A stretch of 64,000 nt of DNA, taken from the NCBI GenBank assembly GCA_023269855.1, contig JAGDWP010000050.1:8503-72502 (forward strand). Direction: 5' to 3'. This document shows positions 19,761 to 29,775 of the stretch, piece after piece. The DNA is from Nitrososphaerales archaeon (GTDB lineage Archaea; Thermoproteota; Nitrososphaeria_A; Caldarchaeales; Wolframiiraptoraceae). The first letter of the stretch is position 1. Each line of letters begins with the position of its first letter. The translations under genes were made by a program, and so were the position numbers. Below the pieces are notes generated by a model. The model was given only the letters and a program-made list of their open reading frames with translations, searched no databases and was not told where the DNA came from.

Positions 19761-21092
19761 CTATTCAGAGATCTCTTCTAAGACCCTGCCTTTAGTTTCT
19801 TCACCTAAAATCATGGTTGAAACTGCGGCGATAATATGTGCGAGAGCGAACACTGTGAATGCTGGCAGAAGTGCTCCACTGCTAACCTCGAATAGGTATC
19901 CAGTAATAGAGGGTGAGAGGATGCCTGCAAGTCTTCCAATACTTGCTGCAACGCCTGTTCCTGTACCTCTAAGCTTCGTGGGATAGAGTTCAGGTGTATA
20001 AGTGTAAAGTCCAGCCCAAGCACCTAAATTGAAGAAAGAGATTACAGCGCTGTATATTAGTATCAAATCTAACTGTGCCGTGGAAGCCAGCAATAGACAT
20101 CCTAACCCTGCAACTGCTAGATAAGATGCTAGGACCTTTTTTCTACCTACTTTATCCAATATTAATGCAGCACTATAGTATCCTGGAACTTGAACTAATG
20201 TTATTATTAGGACCCATTCCAAGCTTCTTACAACCTCATACTTGAAGAGTGAAGCGTATATTGATGGAAGCCAGATGAAGATTCCATGATAAGTATAGAC
20301 TAGTACAGCCCACAGTATCCAGAGAACTATTGTTCTCTTAAGATATTTTCCATGGAATAAAGTAGTGAGAGGTGTCTTCTCTGCTTCCTCAACATCTATA
20401 CTAAGTTTATCAACGTCTCCCACCAGTCTATATCTTCTAAGGATATTCTTTATATCATCAATTTTTCTTTTCTTCTCTAGAAATCTTAAAGATTCAGGAG
20501 AATACAATACTATTATAGGTATCAATATTAGAGGTATGAGTGAAGTTGCAAAGACGCTCCTCCATCCTACTTGAGGCATGATAATCCTTGCAAGGATTAT
20601 AGATAGTAATACACCGTAGACCCAAGCTGTCTCAACTATCCCGACAAATCTTCCACGATATCTGGCTGGAGGATACTCAGACATATAAACAGCGGGGATA
20701 GGTAAAGTTCCACCTAAACCGAGACCTGCAACTACTCTAAATAAAGCCATACTTGCGTAGTCCCATGCGACTCCGCATAATCCGGTGAATATTGAGCCTA
20801 TAAGCACCATCAAGATCATAGTATACTTTCTTCCAATTCTATCAGATATTATACCGCTTAGTACTGCTCCAAAGAACATTCCAAGATATCCAAAGCTTAA
20901 CAGTATTCCAGCTTCAGTTGGAGAAAGCTTCCACTCAGCTGTTATACTAGGAAGCAAAGCGCCAATAAGCATTACATTCATCGCAGTTAATCCATAGACT
21001 AATGATGAAATCGTTAAAAGAATGTAATGGAATCGAGTAAGCTTTAATCCTTCAAGTAAGTTAACCACACTTATACTCTCCCTCGACATCAT
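19761..21092 (-). CDS. MFS transporter
   Basis: 12 predicted TM segments, MFS loop motif 'GIISDRIGRK'; 443 aa. Confidence 0.8.
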   Translation of the reverse strand: MMSRESISVVNLLEGLKLTRFHYILLTISSLVYGLTAMNVMLIGALLPSITAEWKLSPTEAGILLSFGYLGMFFGAVLSGIISDRIGRKYTMILMVLIGSIFTGLCGVAWDYASMALFRVVAGLGLGGTLPIPAVYMSEYPPARYRGRFVGIVETAWVYGVLLSIILARIIMPQVGWRSVFATSLIPLILIPIIVLYSPESLRFLEKKRKIDDIKNILRRYRLVGDVDKLSIDVEEAEKTPLTTLFHGKYLKRTIVLWILWAVLVYTYHGIFIWLPSIYASLFKYEVVRSLEWVLIITLVQVPGYYSAALILDKVGRKKVLASYLAVAGLGCLLLASTAQLDLILIYSAVISFFNLGAWAGLYTYTPELYPTKLRGTGTGVAASIGRLAGILSPSITGYLFEVSSGALLPAFTVFALAHIIAAVSTMILGEETKGRVLEEISE

Positions 21093-21139
21093 ATATATTC
21101 AGGCTTAGAATATTAAAAAGCTTAACCTAGATGTTCTCT

Positions 21140-21857
21140 GACCTGTTAACTTAAGCTCCATGGAAGCATTACACCTTTAATCCTTTCAATTAGGTTTATT
21201 CCTTCCTCTTGGTTAAATAAATGAAATAGGTTAAGCCATCTCCAAACGTGTTCTAGTCTGCAAACTTTCTTGCTGTAGGGGAAGTAGTCCTCAAAGCTTT
21301 CTGTTCTATCCTTTACAACTTGTACTTCTCTCTCTATTACGTTGAAGAACCAATCTCTAAATTCATATGTTCGATGAACAAGTTTTAGTGTTCTATAGGC
21401 TTCATTGTAGTAGAGAGCTCCATCAGTATAAACAGTATGTCTTCCATAGAGCTTAACTAAGCTTCTTAAGAAAAGCTCAGCCTCATAAGAATTTCTAGTC
21501 CTAGAAAGCCAAAATCCAAGGATTTTCTTTTCATAAGGTTCATAGGCTACCAAACCCATGCTTGCCTTCCAGCAACCTTCACAGCTTTCTCATCCACTAA
21601 GAAAATAGAAACTCTACAATTAACTTTAAAGAGCTTCCTAAAGCCTGGAAAACTCTGAACCCACTTCCAAACTGCTACGTAGCTCCTCTTAACGAAAATT
21701 TTAATAGCCTTCATCTTCTCTCTATAGCTTAAGCCAAGGATTACTATGTAAAGAGCGTAGAGAACTACCGAAAAGTCAGTTCTCTTCCTCTTGAAGTCTA
21801 GTTCAAACATAGGAAAAAGGTAACCCTTGGCCTATAAAACTCTTAAGTTAACAGGTC
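21140..21857. mobile_element. IS6-family insertion sequence (~718 bp) with perfect 16-bp terminal inverted repeats GACCTGTTAACTTAAG
   Basis: 16-mer at 21140-21155 is the exact reverse complement of 21842-21857; interior encodes IS6-like DDE transposase. Confidence 0.7.
21146..21810 (-). pseudogene. IS6-family DDE transposase, split by a frameshift into two ORFs (21547-21810 N-part; 21146-21559 C-part)
   Basis: N-part '…FLVDEKAVKVAGRQAWVW', C-part 'YTDGALYY … FNVIEREVQVVKDR' resemble IS6/IS26 transposase motifs; frames differ with 13-nt overlap. Confidence 0.65.
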
Positions 21858-21875
21858 GACCATAGAGGTGATAGC

Positions 21876-22031
21876 ATGAAGAAGATAAGAGAATATCTCG
21901 AAAAAGTCTACGATATATTGGCTGACCTATTCGCTGAGCTACCACCAGTGATAGACCCACTTGGATCACTAGTAGGATTGATAACAATGCTACTATTGAT
22001 ACCGATACTATTGATGCTTCTAGGGATGTGA
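21876..22031 (+). CDS. small hydrophobic peptide (51 aa), unlisted in ORF track
   Basis: ATG…TGA ORF MKKIREYLEKVYDILADLFAELPPVIDPLGSLVGLITMLLLIPILLMLLGM with single C-terminal TM helix; 4 bp upstream of LAGLIDADG gene. Confidence 0.3.
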   Translation: MKKIREYLEKVYDILADLFAELPPVIDPLGSLVGLITMLLLIPILLMLLGM

Positions 22032-22035
22032 AGGT

Positions 22036-22929
22036 ATGAAGCTTAGACCGCTAGAGCTAAGAATGAAACTATACGATGAGGTGTATAGTCTTAGGAGGCT
22101 TGGACTATCATACAGTCAAATAATAAAGATTATTCAAGAGAAGTATAATGAGAGATTAACATTCTCACATATAAGCTACTGGATAAGAGGCATCTATAAT
22201 CCCTATGGAAGAGTGATAACATTAGATGACATTAAACCGTCCAAGGAGCTAGCATTCATCATTGGTTCAATTATCGGAGACGGAAACATATTTATATATG
22301 CTAAGGAAAAGAAACATTATTATAGAATATGTCTAATATGTAAAGATTTTGATTATGCTTTAGAGTTTGCTAGGTGCCTTGAATACATTGGTGTTAACTC
22401 ACGTATTGGAAAACGACGAAATGGATGCTATATTGTTGAGGAGTACTCGAGAACGTTATGTGAATTATTGAAGAAGCCGTTAGACATTGAGAAGCTAAGA
22501 CAATATATCGAGTATAGTGTAGAGACTATAACATCGTTTCTCAGAGCATTCTGTGATAGTGAAGGATACGTGGATAGGAGAGGAAATATATATGTTTACA
22601 ATACGGACATAAAAATTCTAAACTATATCAAAGAACTACTATTGAGATTAAAAATAGATGTAACAGGACCACATCTGTTAGCAAAGAAGGGGATACCGTT
22701 CTATGATAGAAAAAGGGGAAAAACATATTATGCAAAGAAAGATGAATACTATCTCTATATTCGAGTAAATTCTAGAGGGAGGTTCGCTGAACTCATAGGA
22801 TTCACTATTAGGAGGAAGATGGAGAGACTAATGAAAGCCCTCAACCCCCACCATTCTTCTCCCTTGCTTAGTATTTTGAAGTGTCTTACGCCTCGTTCTG
22901 AAATAGTGTCAAGGTACATTGCAGCATAA
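22036..22929 (+). CDS. free-standing double-motif LAGLIDADG homing-endonuclease-like protein
   Basis: Motif 1 'LAFIIGSIIGDGNIF', motif 2 'FLRAFCDSEGYVD'; 297 aa with ~70-aa N-terminal extension. Confidence 0.65.
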   Translation: MKLRPLELRMKLYDEVYSLRRLGLSYSQIIKIIQEKYNERLTFSHISYWIRGIYNPYGRVITLDDIKPSKELAFIIGSIIGDGNIFIYAKEKKHYYRICLICKDFDYALEFARCLEYIGVNSRIGKRRNGCYIVEEYSRTLCELLKKPLDIEKLRQYIEYSVETITSFLRAFCDSEGYVDRRGNIYVYNTDIKILNYIKELLLRLKIDVTGPHLLAKKGIPFYDRKRGKTYYAKKDEYYLYIRVNSRGRFAELIGFTIRRKMERLMKALNPHHSSPLLSILKCLTPRSEIVSRYIAA

Positions 22930-23158
22930 TCACTAGAAAGATATACAGCTGACTTAAGTTCAAGAATAATTCTATCCACTATATTACTTAGGAAATAATC
23001 AAACCTAGAATTATATCTAACTATTTCTCTTCTCTCTATTTCATATCTATGAGGTCATGGAAGCTTACCATACTCTCCCTTAATTCATTTATTAAGCTGT
23101 TTAAAAATTTAATTCTTCTATCTATAAATGACTTGTACCCTCCAGATGTAGTGTGAAT

Positions 23159-24172
23159 CTAGAGGAATTGGTCGAGGAATCTAAGTCTCTTTGCTGGGTG
23201 AGGATGTGTACTGAATATTTCCTCGAATATGCTTGGTTTCTGGTTCTTCACTTCTTCAATCAGTCTGTCAATGTTTTCTCCATATGCTTTGAATTCAACT
23301 TCAGGGTCTGATATGAAAAACGCTTTGAAATGCTGATATTTTTCTCTAACTCTTCTACTGATCCTCCCGGATGCTGCCATTATCTTTACTAGCGCTCTCT
23401 GAAGGTTTTTAGCTCCATTAAATGCTACTCTGCTCGAATGTGCATCAGCGTAGTATTCTCTCAGCCTACTCATGTAGAAGACAAAGAGATTGAAGATAAA
23501 GCTTAAGACCATTAACCCTAGGCCTAGGAGTAGTGCGAATGCTCCTCCGTTCCCTCTTTCCCGGCTTGACCCACTAAACCATCCCGATATATATAATGTG
23601 TACCCGATATAGTAGATTAATGCAGGTATAATGCTAATCATCATCATTACTATTACATCCCTATGCTTCAAGTGTCCGATCTCGTGACCTACTACAGCTT
23701 CGACTTCTTCTTGATCGAGATTTCTGAGAAGACCTCTAGTGACTGCGACCATGTTTCCAGTAAGAGGGCTACCATATGCGAATGCATTAGGTATATCTAT
23801 CTCCGCGATCATTAGTTTAGGCGGTTTATCCATTCCACTTTCCCTAGATAGTCTACCAATTATTCGATGAAGCCATGGATACTCATCTTCCCTTACCTCC
23901 CTAACCTTGTAGACAGAATTTATAATATATGGTCCGATAAGCCACTGAAACACGTGAAAGACTACGACGAATCCAAGTATTCCATACAATCCGAAGAAAG
24001 ACACACCTAAAATCGATAAGACAGCAACGAGGATAAGTGATGCCAAGGCCGTTACTAGAGCCCATACACCTATCATAGATAGTCTAAGCTTCAGCAAAGA
24101 AACTCTAGCTTCCGGTCTGGAAGTCGTACTGCTTTCTCTGTTAGACATAGTCCCTTCCCCTCTACGATGCAT
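23159..24172 (-). CDS. htpX: HtpX-like M48 zinc metalloprotease
   Basis: 'HEIGHLKHRD' HExxH motif within TM-flanked domain. Confidence 0.8.
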   Translation of the reverse strand: MHRRGEGTMSNRESSTTSRPEARVSLLKLRLSMIGVWALVTALASLILVAVLSILGVSFFGLYGILGFVVVFHVFQWLIGPYIINSVYKVREVREDEYPWLHRIIGRLSRESGMDKPPKLMIAEIDIPNAFAYGSPLTGNMVAVTRGLLRNLDQEEVEAVVGHEIGHLKHRDVIVMMMISIIPALIYYIGYTLYISGWFSGSSRERGNGGAFALLLGLGLMVLSFIFNLFVFYMSRLREYYADAHSSRVAFNGAKNLQRALVKIMAASGRISRRVREKYQHFKAFFISDPEVEFKAYGENIDRLIEEVKNQKPSIFEEIFSTHPHPAKRLRFLDQFL

Positions 24173-24272
24173 ATCTTTGAAGACTTAAATTAAAACTTAT
24201 CGCGAGATCTAATCTCATATATGAGTTGTGAAAATATTTCCATCACTAGTTCGATATAGATATTGAAGAAGC

Positions 24273-25400
24273 ATGGTTAAGACAACTATATCCGTAATAA
24301 AAGCTGATGTGGGATCTATTGCTGGACATACATGCCCTAACGTAAAAATGATTGAGCTAGCAAGAGAGAAACTTTCAGAAGCAAGAGATTCTAGAATGAT
24401 TAAGAGCTTTTACGTCTACTCAATCGGAGATGATATAGGTCTCGTAATTACACATGATAGAGGAGAGGACAATCCAGAAATTCATGGACTCGCATGGAAC
24501 ATCTTCAAAGAGATCACAGAAAAGATAAGTAAACCACTTAAACTCTACGCAGCTGGTCAAGACCTACTCAAAGATGCTTTCAGTGGAAATGTTAAAGGCA
24601 TGGGTCCAGGTGTCGCAGAATTAGAATTTGAAGAAAGAGGCTCTGACCCTGTAATAGTGTTCGCAGCTGATAAGACCAGCCCTGCTGCATGGAATCTTAT
24701 ACTTTACAGAATTTTCGCAGATCCATCTAATACGGCTGGACTTGTCATAGACCCAGTCCTACATGATGGATTCATATTCGAGGTAATGGATCTAAAGGAA
24801 GGCAAGATAGTTAGATTGAAGACTCCTGAAGAAACATATGATCTATTAAGCTTGATAGGTACTATAAACAGATATGTTATCTCGAAAATCTATAGAGCGA
24901 GAGATAATGAGCCTGCTGCTTCAGCGTCTACGACAAGATTATCATACATTGCAGGGAAATATGTTGGTAAAGATGATCCCGTGCTAATTGTTAGAGCTCA
25001 ATCAGGTTTCCCGGCGGTAGGAGAAATTCTCTCAGCATTCGCTATTCCACATCTTGTTCCTGGCTGGATGAGAGGAAGCCACTACGGTCCGCTAATGCCT
25101 GTAAGCTTCAAGAAGAAACACAATATTATTAGTTACTTTGATGGTCCCCCCAGAGTTATAGCTATGGGTTGGCAGGTATCGAATGGAGCATTAGTCGGAG
25201 TAGAAGATAATGAGCCTGTAGACTTGTTCGACGACCCTGTATGGGATTATAGTAGAGAATTGGCCACGAAGATAGCATTCTACATGAGGACTATGGGTGA
25301 GATAATGCCTGCTAGAATAGAGTCGGAAGAATTAGAGTATACATCACTACCTAAGGTGTTAGAAAAACTTAAAGAGAGATTTCTTGCACCAGAGAAGTAG
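24273..25400 (+). CDS. fbp: bifunctional fructose-1,6-bisphosphate aldolase/phosphatase
   Basis: N-terminus 'TISVIKADVGSIAGH' and overall 375-aa length characteristic of archaeal class V FBP aldolase/phosphatase. Confidence 0.85.
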   Translation: MVKTTISVIKADVGSIAGHTCPNVKMIELAREKLSEARDSRMIKSFYVYSIGDDIGLVITHDRGEDNPEIHGLAWNIFKEITEKISKPLKLYAAGQDLLKDAFSGNVKGMGPGVAELEFEERGSDPVIVFAADKTSPAAWNLILYRIFADPSNTAGLVIDPVLHDGFIFEVMDLKEGKIVRLKTPEETYDLLSLIGTINRYVISKIYRARDNEPAASASTTRLSYIAGKYVGKDDPVLIVRAQSGFPAVGEILSAFAIPHLVPGWMRGSHYGPLMPVSFKKKHNIISYFDGPPRVIAMGWQVSNGALVGVEDNEPVDLFDDPVWDYSRELATKIAFYMRTMGEIMPARIESEELEYTSLPKVLEKLKERFLAPEK

Positions 25401-25436
25401 GAAAAAGAAATAAGAAGAGTATTGATGAACGCTGGC

Positions 25437-25613
25437 TTAAAAGTCTTCTTTAATTATTGTTTTTCTACCATTTGCTTGGCATCTTTGAACAGCTTTCTTA
25501 ACTATTTCTTTAACAACAGAGTCTAGACCGTCTAGAGCATCAGAGGCCAGCCTTATACCTTCAGGTAATAATTCCCTAACCTTCGATTCAACAACAATTC
25601 TCTCTCTCGCCAT
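25437..25613 (-). CDS. histone-fold-like small DNA-binding protein (58 aa), unlisted in ORF track
   Basis: Minus-strand ORF MARERIVVESKVRELLPEGIRLASDALDGLDSVVKEIVKKAVQRCQANGRKTIIKEDF; '…R(L)xSDA…GRKTI(I)KEDF' aligns with archaeal histone HMfB alpha2-L2-alpha3 ('RVSDDA…AGRKTIKAEDI'); in-frame TGA immediately upstream of ATG. Confidence 0.35.
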   Translation of the reverse strand: MARERIVVESKVRELLPEGIRLASDALDGLDSVVKEIVKKAVQRCQANGRKTIIKEDF

Positions 25614-25761
25614 TCCTCAATCACTTACTAATATCTCGTAAATCCTACTAATTTAGTTTTTCAGATAAATATTGAACCTCTAATTTGGAGGTAATACATG
25701 TATATGTTTAGGAGCTATGTATATTTATGGCTTTTAATTAAATAGAGCATGGGGAGTCTAC

Positions 25762-27132
25762 ATGAGCAGCGTTGGAAAGTTTTCACCAAACGTCTTCAGA
25801 GCTTATGATGTTAGAGGTGTTTATGGGAAAGACTTAACAGATGATCTTGCTAAAGCTATTGGATTATCCTTTGCTACAATGCTGGGTAACTCTGGTGAAA
25901 TTCTACTTGGCCGTGACGTCAGGTTAAGTGGAGAGACGTTAGCGAAGAATGTTTCAGAAGGATTGAGAGAAGGAGGATGTAATGTAATAAATGTAGGGAT
26001 AGTTCCAACTCCTGTGAACTACTTTGGAGTAATCTGGTGGAAGACTAATGGTGGAGTACAAGTTACTGCAAGTCATAATCCTCCAGAATGGAATGGAATG
26101 AAATTAGTCACTTCAGAAGGTGACACAGTTTCTGAAGGAGCTGGAATGGAAGAATTAAAGAAAATGGTTCTGGAAAATAAGTGGAAGACGTCGGATAGAC
26201 GTGGGGTTGAAGTAAATAGAGAATTAGTCTCTGACTACGTAGAATTTCTCCTTTCAAAGATAAAAATTGAGAAGAGAAAAATCAGGATAGCTGTGGATTA
26301 TTCAAATGGGGCCACGACAATCGTTTTCCCGAAGATTGCAAAACTTCTTGGAATTGAGGTTATCGGATTAAATGATGAACCAAATGGCATGTTTCCAGGC
26401 CATCTCCCTGAACCAACAGAGGAAAACCTACAAGAACTAAGAGAAATTGTAAAAAGAAATCAAGTTGAATTCGGTGTTGGTTTCGATGGTGATGGTGACA
26501 GAGCAGTATTCATAGATGATAGAGGCAGAATTCTACCTGGAGACATAACCCTAGCAGTATATGTTAAACACTTGGATAGAAAAGGAAAAGTAGTCTACGA
26601 CCTAAATAGTAGTTCAGCTCTACGGCATGTAATCCTAGAAAACGGGTGTGAGCCTGTAGAGTCTAGAGTGGGTAGAGCATACATATTAAGAGAGGTTAGG
26701 AGGCTTAGAGCAGTCATAGGCGGTGAAAAAAGCAATCACTTATATTTCTCAGAATTATGGGGATTCGATGACGCGGTCTATGCGGTCCTCAAGATGGTTG
26801 AGATACTATCTAAATCAGATAAGAAACTTTCAGAAATAGTTGATACTATACCATCGTATCCCTCTACACCTATAATGGTATTCGATTGTCCAGATGAAGT
26901 AAAGGAGAAAGTAGTGGATAAGATTGCTGAAAAACTTTCAACTCAAGCATTGAAGATAAGTAGACTAGATGGTGTTAAAGCATACTTCGAAGATGGGTGG
27001 CTCCTCATCAGACCCTCAAACACGATGCCTCAGATAAAGATGTCTGCGGAAGCAGTATCTGAGGAAAGACTCAAGGAGATAGTTGAATATGGGAAAAGAC
27101 TAATCCTAGATACAGTAAAATCTTCAATATAA
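25762..27132 (+). CDS. phosphoglucomutase/phosphomannomutase
   Basis: Active-site 'TASHNP', Mg-binding 'GFDGDGDR'. Confidence 0.85.
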   Translation: MSSVGKFSPNVFRAYDVRGVYGKDLTDDLAKAIGLSFATMLGNSGEILLGRDVRLSGETLAKNVSEGLREGGCNVINVGIVPTPVNYFGVIWWKTNGGVQVTASHNPPEWNGMKLVTSEGDTVSEGAGMEELKKMVLENKWKTSDRRGVEVNRELVSDYVEFLLSKIKIEKRKIRIAVDYSNGATTIVFPKIAKLLGIEVIGLNDEPNGMFPGHLPEPTEENLQELREIVKRNQVEFGVGFDGDGDRAVFIDDRGRILPGDITLAVYVKHLDRKGKVVYDLNSSSALRHVILENGCEPVESRVGRAYILREVRRLRAVIGGEKSNHLYFSELWGFDDAVYAVLKMVEILSKSDKKLSEIVDTIPSYPSTPIMVFDCPDEVKEKVVDKIAEKLSTQALKISRLDGVKAYFEDGWLLIRPSNTMPQIKMSAEAVSEERLKEIVEYGKRLILDTVKSSI

Positions 27133-27198
27133 CTACATAATTACCTGAGAACGTGTAACTTGAAAATCTTAAAAAGTTTAATTTCCTAAATCTACTGT

Positions 27199-28656
27199 AT
27201 GCAACAACAAGTCCCATTTTACGGTAGCTTCGTAAATGGCGAAGTCATACTTACAGAAGAAGAGCATATCTTTAAAAATATTAACCCAGCCACTTCAGAA
27301 GTTATAGGTTACGTAAAAAGAGCCTCCGTAGATACTGTCAAATATGCTTTAGAGTCTGCGGAGAAGGCATTTGAAATATGGAGTAAGAAATCCTATCATG
27401 AACGATCTTCAATACTATTTAAAGCATCACAGATTATGAAGAATAAACGTGAGGAATTAGCTAGACTTCTTACAATTGAGCAGGGTAAGACATTGAGTGA
27501 GTCTAGGAAAGAAGTAGATGTATCTATCAGGATGATGGAATTCTTCGCGGGTGAAGCTGGAAGATTAATTGGAGAATTTGATGAAGCAGATAGAAGTGAT
27601 TTATCCACATTCTATATTAGGGAGCCCTTGGGAGTAGTGCTAGTTCTTACACCTTGGAATTATCCATTAGCGATACCTGCATGGAAGATTGCTCCAGCTA
27701 TTATGGCTGGAAACACTGTTATCTTTAAACCTGCAAGTTATACACCGATAATAGGGTTAAAGCTTGTAGAGATACTGCACGAAGCGGGGCTACCCAGGGG
27801 GGTAGTAAACTGTGTGACTGGAAGCGGGGTGGAAGCAGGAGAAATGCTAATTAGAGATAATAGGATAAAGGCTATTACATTCACTGGTTCAACTGAGGTG
27901 GGGTTAAGGATAGCTTCCATCGCGTCGGAGCATCTTGCTAGAGTACAGTTAGAGATGGGTGGAAAGAATGCATGCGTAGTATTGGATGATGCTAACCTCG
28001 ACGTATTTATGCAAGGGTTTCTCTCAGCAACCTTCGGAGTTGCAGGACAGAAATGCACGGCTACGAGTAGACTAATCATTACAAGGAATATCAAAGAGAA
28101 GGTTCTTGATAGGATTCTAGAACTCACAAAGAAGATTAGAGTTGGCAATGGTCTTAGAGAAGATGTTGACGTCGGACCAGTCGTAAGTGAATCCCAAATG
28201 GAGTCAATTCTGAGATTCATCGAGTCAGGTAAGAGGCAAGGAGCTAAACTGTTGATAGGAGGTGCGAGGCTGAGAGGTGGAGAATATGACAATGGATTCT
28301 TCATACAGCCTACCATATTTGATGAAGTAACTCCAGATATGGAGATTGCTCAAGAAGAAATATTTGGACCAGTACTCTCGATTATGACTGTAGACAGCTT
28401 CGATCAAGCATTAGAGATAGTCAATAATAGCAAGTATGGATTATCAGCTTCGATCTTTACAAATGACCTATCCAAGGCATTTAGATTCATCAAGGAAGCA
28501 AAAGTAGGAGTAACTCTAGTGAATATGCATACAAATTATAATGAACCACATATGCCATTTGGGGGAATAAAGATGTCAGGATTCGGGTTGAAGGAACAGG
28601 GGAGGAAAGCACTAGAATTCTTTACAGAAATTAAGTCTGTTTACATAAAGCCTTGA
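27199..28656 (+). CDS. NAD(P)+-dependent aldehyde dehydrogenase
   Basis: 'LELGGKNA' Glu motif and catalytic Cys 'GQKCTA'. Confidence 0.85.
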   Translation: MQQQVPFYGSFVNGEVILTEEEHIFKNINPATSEVIGYVKRASVDTVKYALESAEKAFEIWSKKSYHERSSILFKASQIMKNKREELARLLTIEQGKTLSESRKEVDVSIRMMEFFAGEAGRLIGEFDEADRSDLSTFYIREPLGVVLVLTPWNYPLAIPAWKIAPAIMAGNTVIFKPASYTPIIGLKLVEILHEAGLPRGVVNCVTGSGVEAGEMLIRDNRIKAITFTGSTEVGLRIASIASEHLARVQLEMGGKNACVVLDDANLDVFMQGFLSATFGVAGQKCTATSRLIITRNIKEKVLDRILELTKKIRVGNGLREDVDVGPVVSESQMESILRFIESGKRQGAKLLIGGARLRGGEYDNGFFIQPTIFDEVTPDMEIAQEEIFGPVLSIMTVDSFDQALEIVNNSKYGLSASIFTNDLSKAFRFIKEAKVGVTLVNMHTNYNEPHMPFGGIKMSGFGLKEQGRKALEFFTEIKSVYIKP

Positions 28657-28725
28657 ATTTCCATCTTCATATCTTTTTGTTATACATGCATCTTAAATAA
28701 GACGCCAGTTTACTATTAATTTGGA

Positions 28726-29757
28726 ATGTTAGCGTTAAGATTATATGGTAAAGAGGATTTAAGGCTTGAAGATGCTCCTGAGCCTACTTTGAAGAATTAT
28801 AATGCGATTCTAAAAGTTAAAGCTACGAGCATCTGTGCGACAGATGTTAAAGCGTACATGACAGGAGTTAGGACAAAGGTTCCCATTACTCTTGGTCATG
28901 AGTTTGCTGGAGAGATTGTTGAGGCAAGTAAATCTCTCAAGGATTATGTGGGTAAAAGAGTTGTTGTCAACCCAAACATTTTCGATGGCACATGTGAATA
29001 TTGCCTTTTAGGAGAGCATGTCCTATGTCCTAATAGGTACGCGATAGGAATAGATGTTGACGGCTCTTTCGCTGAGTATGTTGAGATACCTGGACAAGCT
29101 TTCCAAGTAGGTGGAGTATTGGAAATACCAGAACATCTAAGTTATGAAGAAGCTTCACTAGTCGAACCTCTAGCAGCATGCTTTAGAGGACAATTAAAAC
29201 TCAACATTCGACCTGGAGATACTGTAACCGTTATAGGCGCTGGACCAATAGGCTTAATGCATTTCCTCCTAGCAAAAGCATTCGGAGCCTCCAAGATAAT
29301 TATCAGTGAAGTTGATGACAGAAGGATAGAAACAGCTAGAAACCTAGGCGTACAATATATTGTCAACCCGATCAAGGAAGATATTGAGAAATCAATCAGG
29401 GAACTAACTGACGGCCGTGGAAGCGACGTGGTCATTGTTGCGGTAGGCTCACCTCATGCACAAAAAGATGCTTTAAAGATTGTGCGGAAAGGAGGTAGAA
29501 TAAACTTCTTCGCTGGTCTACCAGCAGGAACCGAAGAAGTACCCATAAACACTAACATCATACATTACAAGCAGATAACCGTTTTAGGAACTTCTATGCA
29601 GACCCCCATAGAATTCAAGAAGACGCTCGAACTTGTATCTTCAGGGCTTGTTAACGTCAAGCCATTAATAACTCACACATATAGTTTAAGAGAAGGCCTG
29701 GAAGCTTTCTCAAAAACTCTTAGAGCAGAAGGATTAAAGATAATATTAATTCCTTAA
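28726..29757 (+). CDS. zinc-dependent alcohol dehydrogenase (MDR family)
   Basis: 'GHEFAGEIVE' zinc motif, Rossmann 'GAGPIGL'. Confidence 0.8.
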   Translation: MLALRLYGKEDLRLEDAPEPTLKNYNAILKVKATSICATDVKAYMTGVRTKVPITLGHEFAGEIVEASKSLKDYVGKRVVVNPNIFDGTCEYCLLGEHVLCPNRYAIGIDVDGSFAEYVEIPGQAFQVGGVLEIPEHLSYEEASLVEPLAACFRGQLKLNIRPGDTVTVIGAGPIGLMHFLLAKAFGASKIIISEVDDRRIETARNLGVQYIVNPIKEDIEKSIRELTDGRGSDVVIVAVGSPHAQKDALKIVRKGGRINFFAGLPAGTEEVPINTNIIHYKQITVLGTSMQTPIEFKKTLELVSSGLVNVKPLITHTYSLREGLEAFSKTLRAEGLKIILIP

Positions 29758-29775
29758 AGAGTAGGCTGTACGTAT

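Noticed and set aside
21547-21559. Possible programmed ribosomal frameshift joining the two IS6 transposase ORFs
   Set aside because: IS6-family transposases are not known to use PRF and the overlap lacks a slippery heptamer or homopolymer. Decay or sequencing error is more likely.
27738-28316. 192-aa antisense ORF within aldehyde dehydrogenase
   Set aside because: Shadow ORF. The ALDH on the plus strand has catalytic Cys/Glu motifs.
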